A stretch of 64,000 nt of DNA. It comes from Acidimicrobiales bacterium (GTDB taxonomy: Bacteria > Actinomycetota > Acidimicrobiia > Acidimicrobiales > RAAP-2). A model generated the notes under the pieces. That model did no database searches. It was not told the origin of the DNA and saw only the letters and a list, made by a program, of their open reading frames with translations. The position numbers were made by a program, and so were the translations under genes. Shown piece by piece: positions 63,499 through 64,000 of the stretch (position 1 is the stretch's first letter; every line of letters begins with the position of its first letter). The DNA lies in contig JBEKIU010000001.1 in assembly GCA_050011635.1 (NCBI GenBank), forward strand, positions 1,010 to 65,009, read 5' to 3'.

Positions 63499-63572
63499 GG
63501 ATCGACGCCGGCCGGTGCCGTCGGATCGACATCGGGTCGGTGCCGCCGGATCGACGTCGGGCCGGTGCCGTC
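63499..63572. repeat. 24/25-bp tandem repeat x3 (GGATCGACNYCGGNCCGGTGCCGYC) upstream of the mraZ promoter region
   Basis: Read directly. Copies lie at 63499-63522, 63523-63547 and 63548-63572. Confidence 0.9.
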
Positions 63573-63626
63573 CATCGGGACGGACAGGGACCTGCGGGCA
63601 GGCCCCAGGGCCGGCCTGGCGGAGGA

Positions 63627-64000
63627 TCAGGGCAGTGCGGCGACCACCGACACGGCGACCTCACGCCCCTCGATCGGACCCTGACCGGCCTGCTCGCTGA
63701 GGTCCGACACCCCGACGGCGGCCCCGCCCAGGCCCACGAGGGCGGCCTCACGTTCCAGGACCGACAGGGTCAGCAGGTCGACGAGCCGGGCGGGATCCCA
63801 GTGCAGGTAACAGGCCCCGTGGAACCAGGCGCCATGGCGGTTCCTGCGCTGGGCCAGACCGACCACCTTGCGACCGTCTGCGGTGACCACTTCGCCGGTC
63901 CCGACCCCCCCGAAGCAGACCGACGTGGCCCAGCGGGTGCACGCCACGTATCCCTGGCGATGGGCGGACACCCCGTTGATTCCCGATCGGCCGAGGGCTG
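63627..64000 (-). CDS. biotin/lipoate A/B protein ligase family protein (C-terminal part; gene continues beyond the window)
   Basis: GEVVTADGRKVVGLAQRR resembles the catalytic Lys region of LplA/LipB-type ligases. The frame is open to the window edge. Confidence 0.45.
   Translation of the reverse strand, partial: ALGRSGINGVSAHRQGYVACTRWATSVCFGGVGTGEVVTADGRKVVGLAQRRNRHGAWFHGACYLHWDPARLVDLLTLSVLEREAALVGLGGAAVGVSDLSEQAGQGPIEGREVAVSVVAALP

Overview
This is a high-GC (about 70 percent by eye) Actinomycetota-type chromosomal core segment. It is almost entirely coding and dominated by long minus-strand operons whose genes are joined by ATGA/GTGA start-stop overlaps. In coordinate order: (1) a pyrimidine operon, pyrR-pyrB-pyrC-carA-carB-pyrD-pyrF (838-10050, minus strand); (2) nusB-efp-pepQ-aroQ-aroB-aroK-aroC plus a prepilin peptidase (10282-16563); (3) a mixed block with an Nfu-type Fe-S protein, two small proteins, a flavin reductase, a lipoprotein, DUF3151, tyrS, a carotenoid oxygenase and an LCP protein; (4) a menaquinone block, menD/menH/menA/menB/menE (24964-30757); (5) an SDR, a DUF255 thioredoxin-fold operon and the proteasome activator bpa; (6) dnaE (36709-40353); (7) an Rrf2 regulator, a histidine phosphatase and a sigma-70 factor; (8) rluD-lspA and a histone-H1/DksA fusion; (9) a division and cell-wall cluster, mraZ-rsmH-ftsL-ftsI-murE-mraY-ftsW-murG-murC-murB-ftsQ-ftsZ-pgeF-yggS-sepF-yggT-divIVA (46043-63291). 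I found no rRNA, tRNA, CRISPR, transposase, integrase or recognisable defence genes, and no convincing novel multi-gene system. The region is ordinary in gene content. What the gene list does not explain: (a) five unrelated short tandem-repeat arrays in intergenic DNA, with periods 9, about 31-39, 13, 17 and 25 bp, the largest being 12 copies of a 13-bp G-rich unit; (b) a dcw cluster with no murF and no murD; (c) a 420-nt mraZ-rsmH interval that keeps coding-like codon bias in the rsmH frame; (d) candidate MraZ operator boxes and a PyrR-type leader; (e) a DdbA-like histone/DksA fusion. All coordinates and counts were derived by hand from the printed sequence. Start codons are the least certain part of the annotation.
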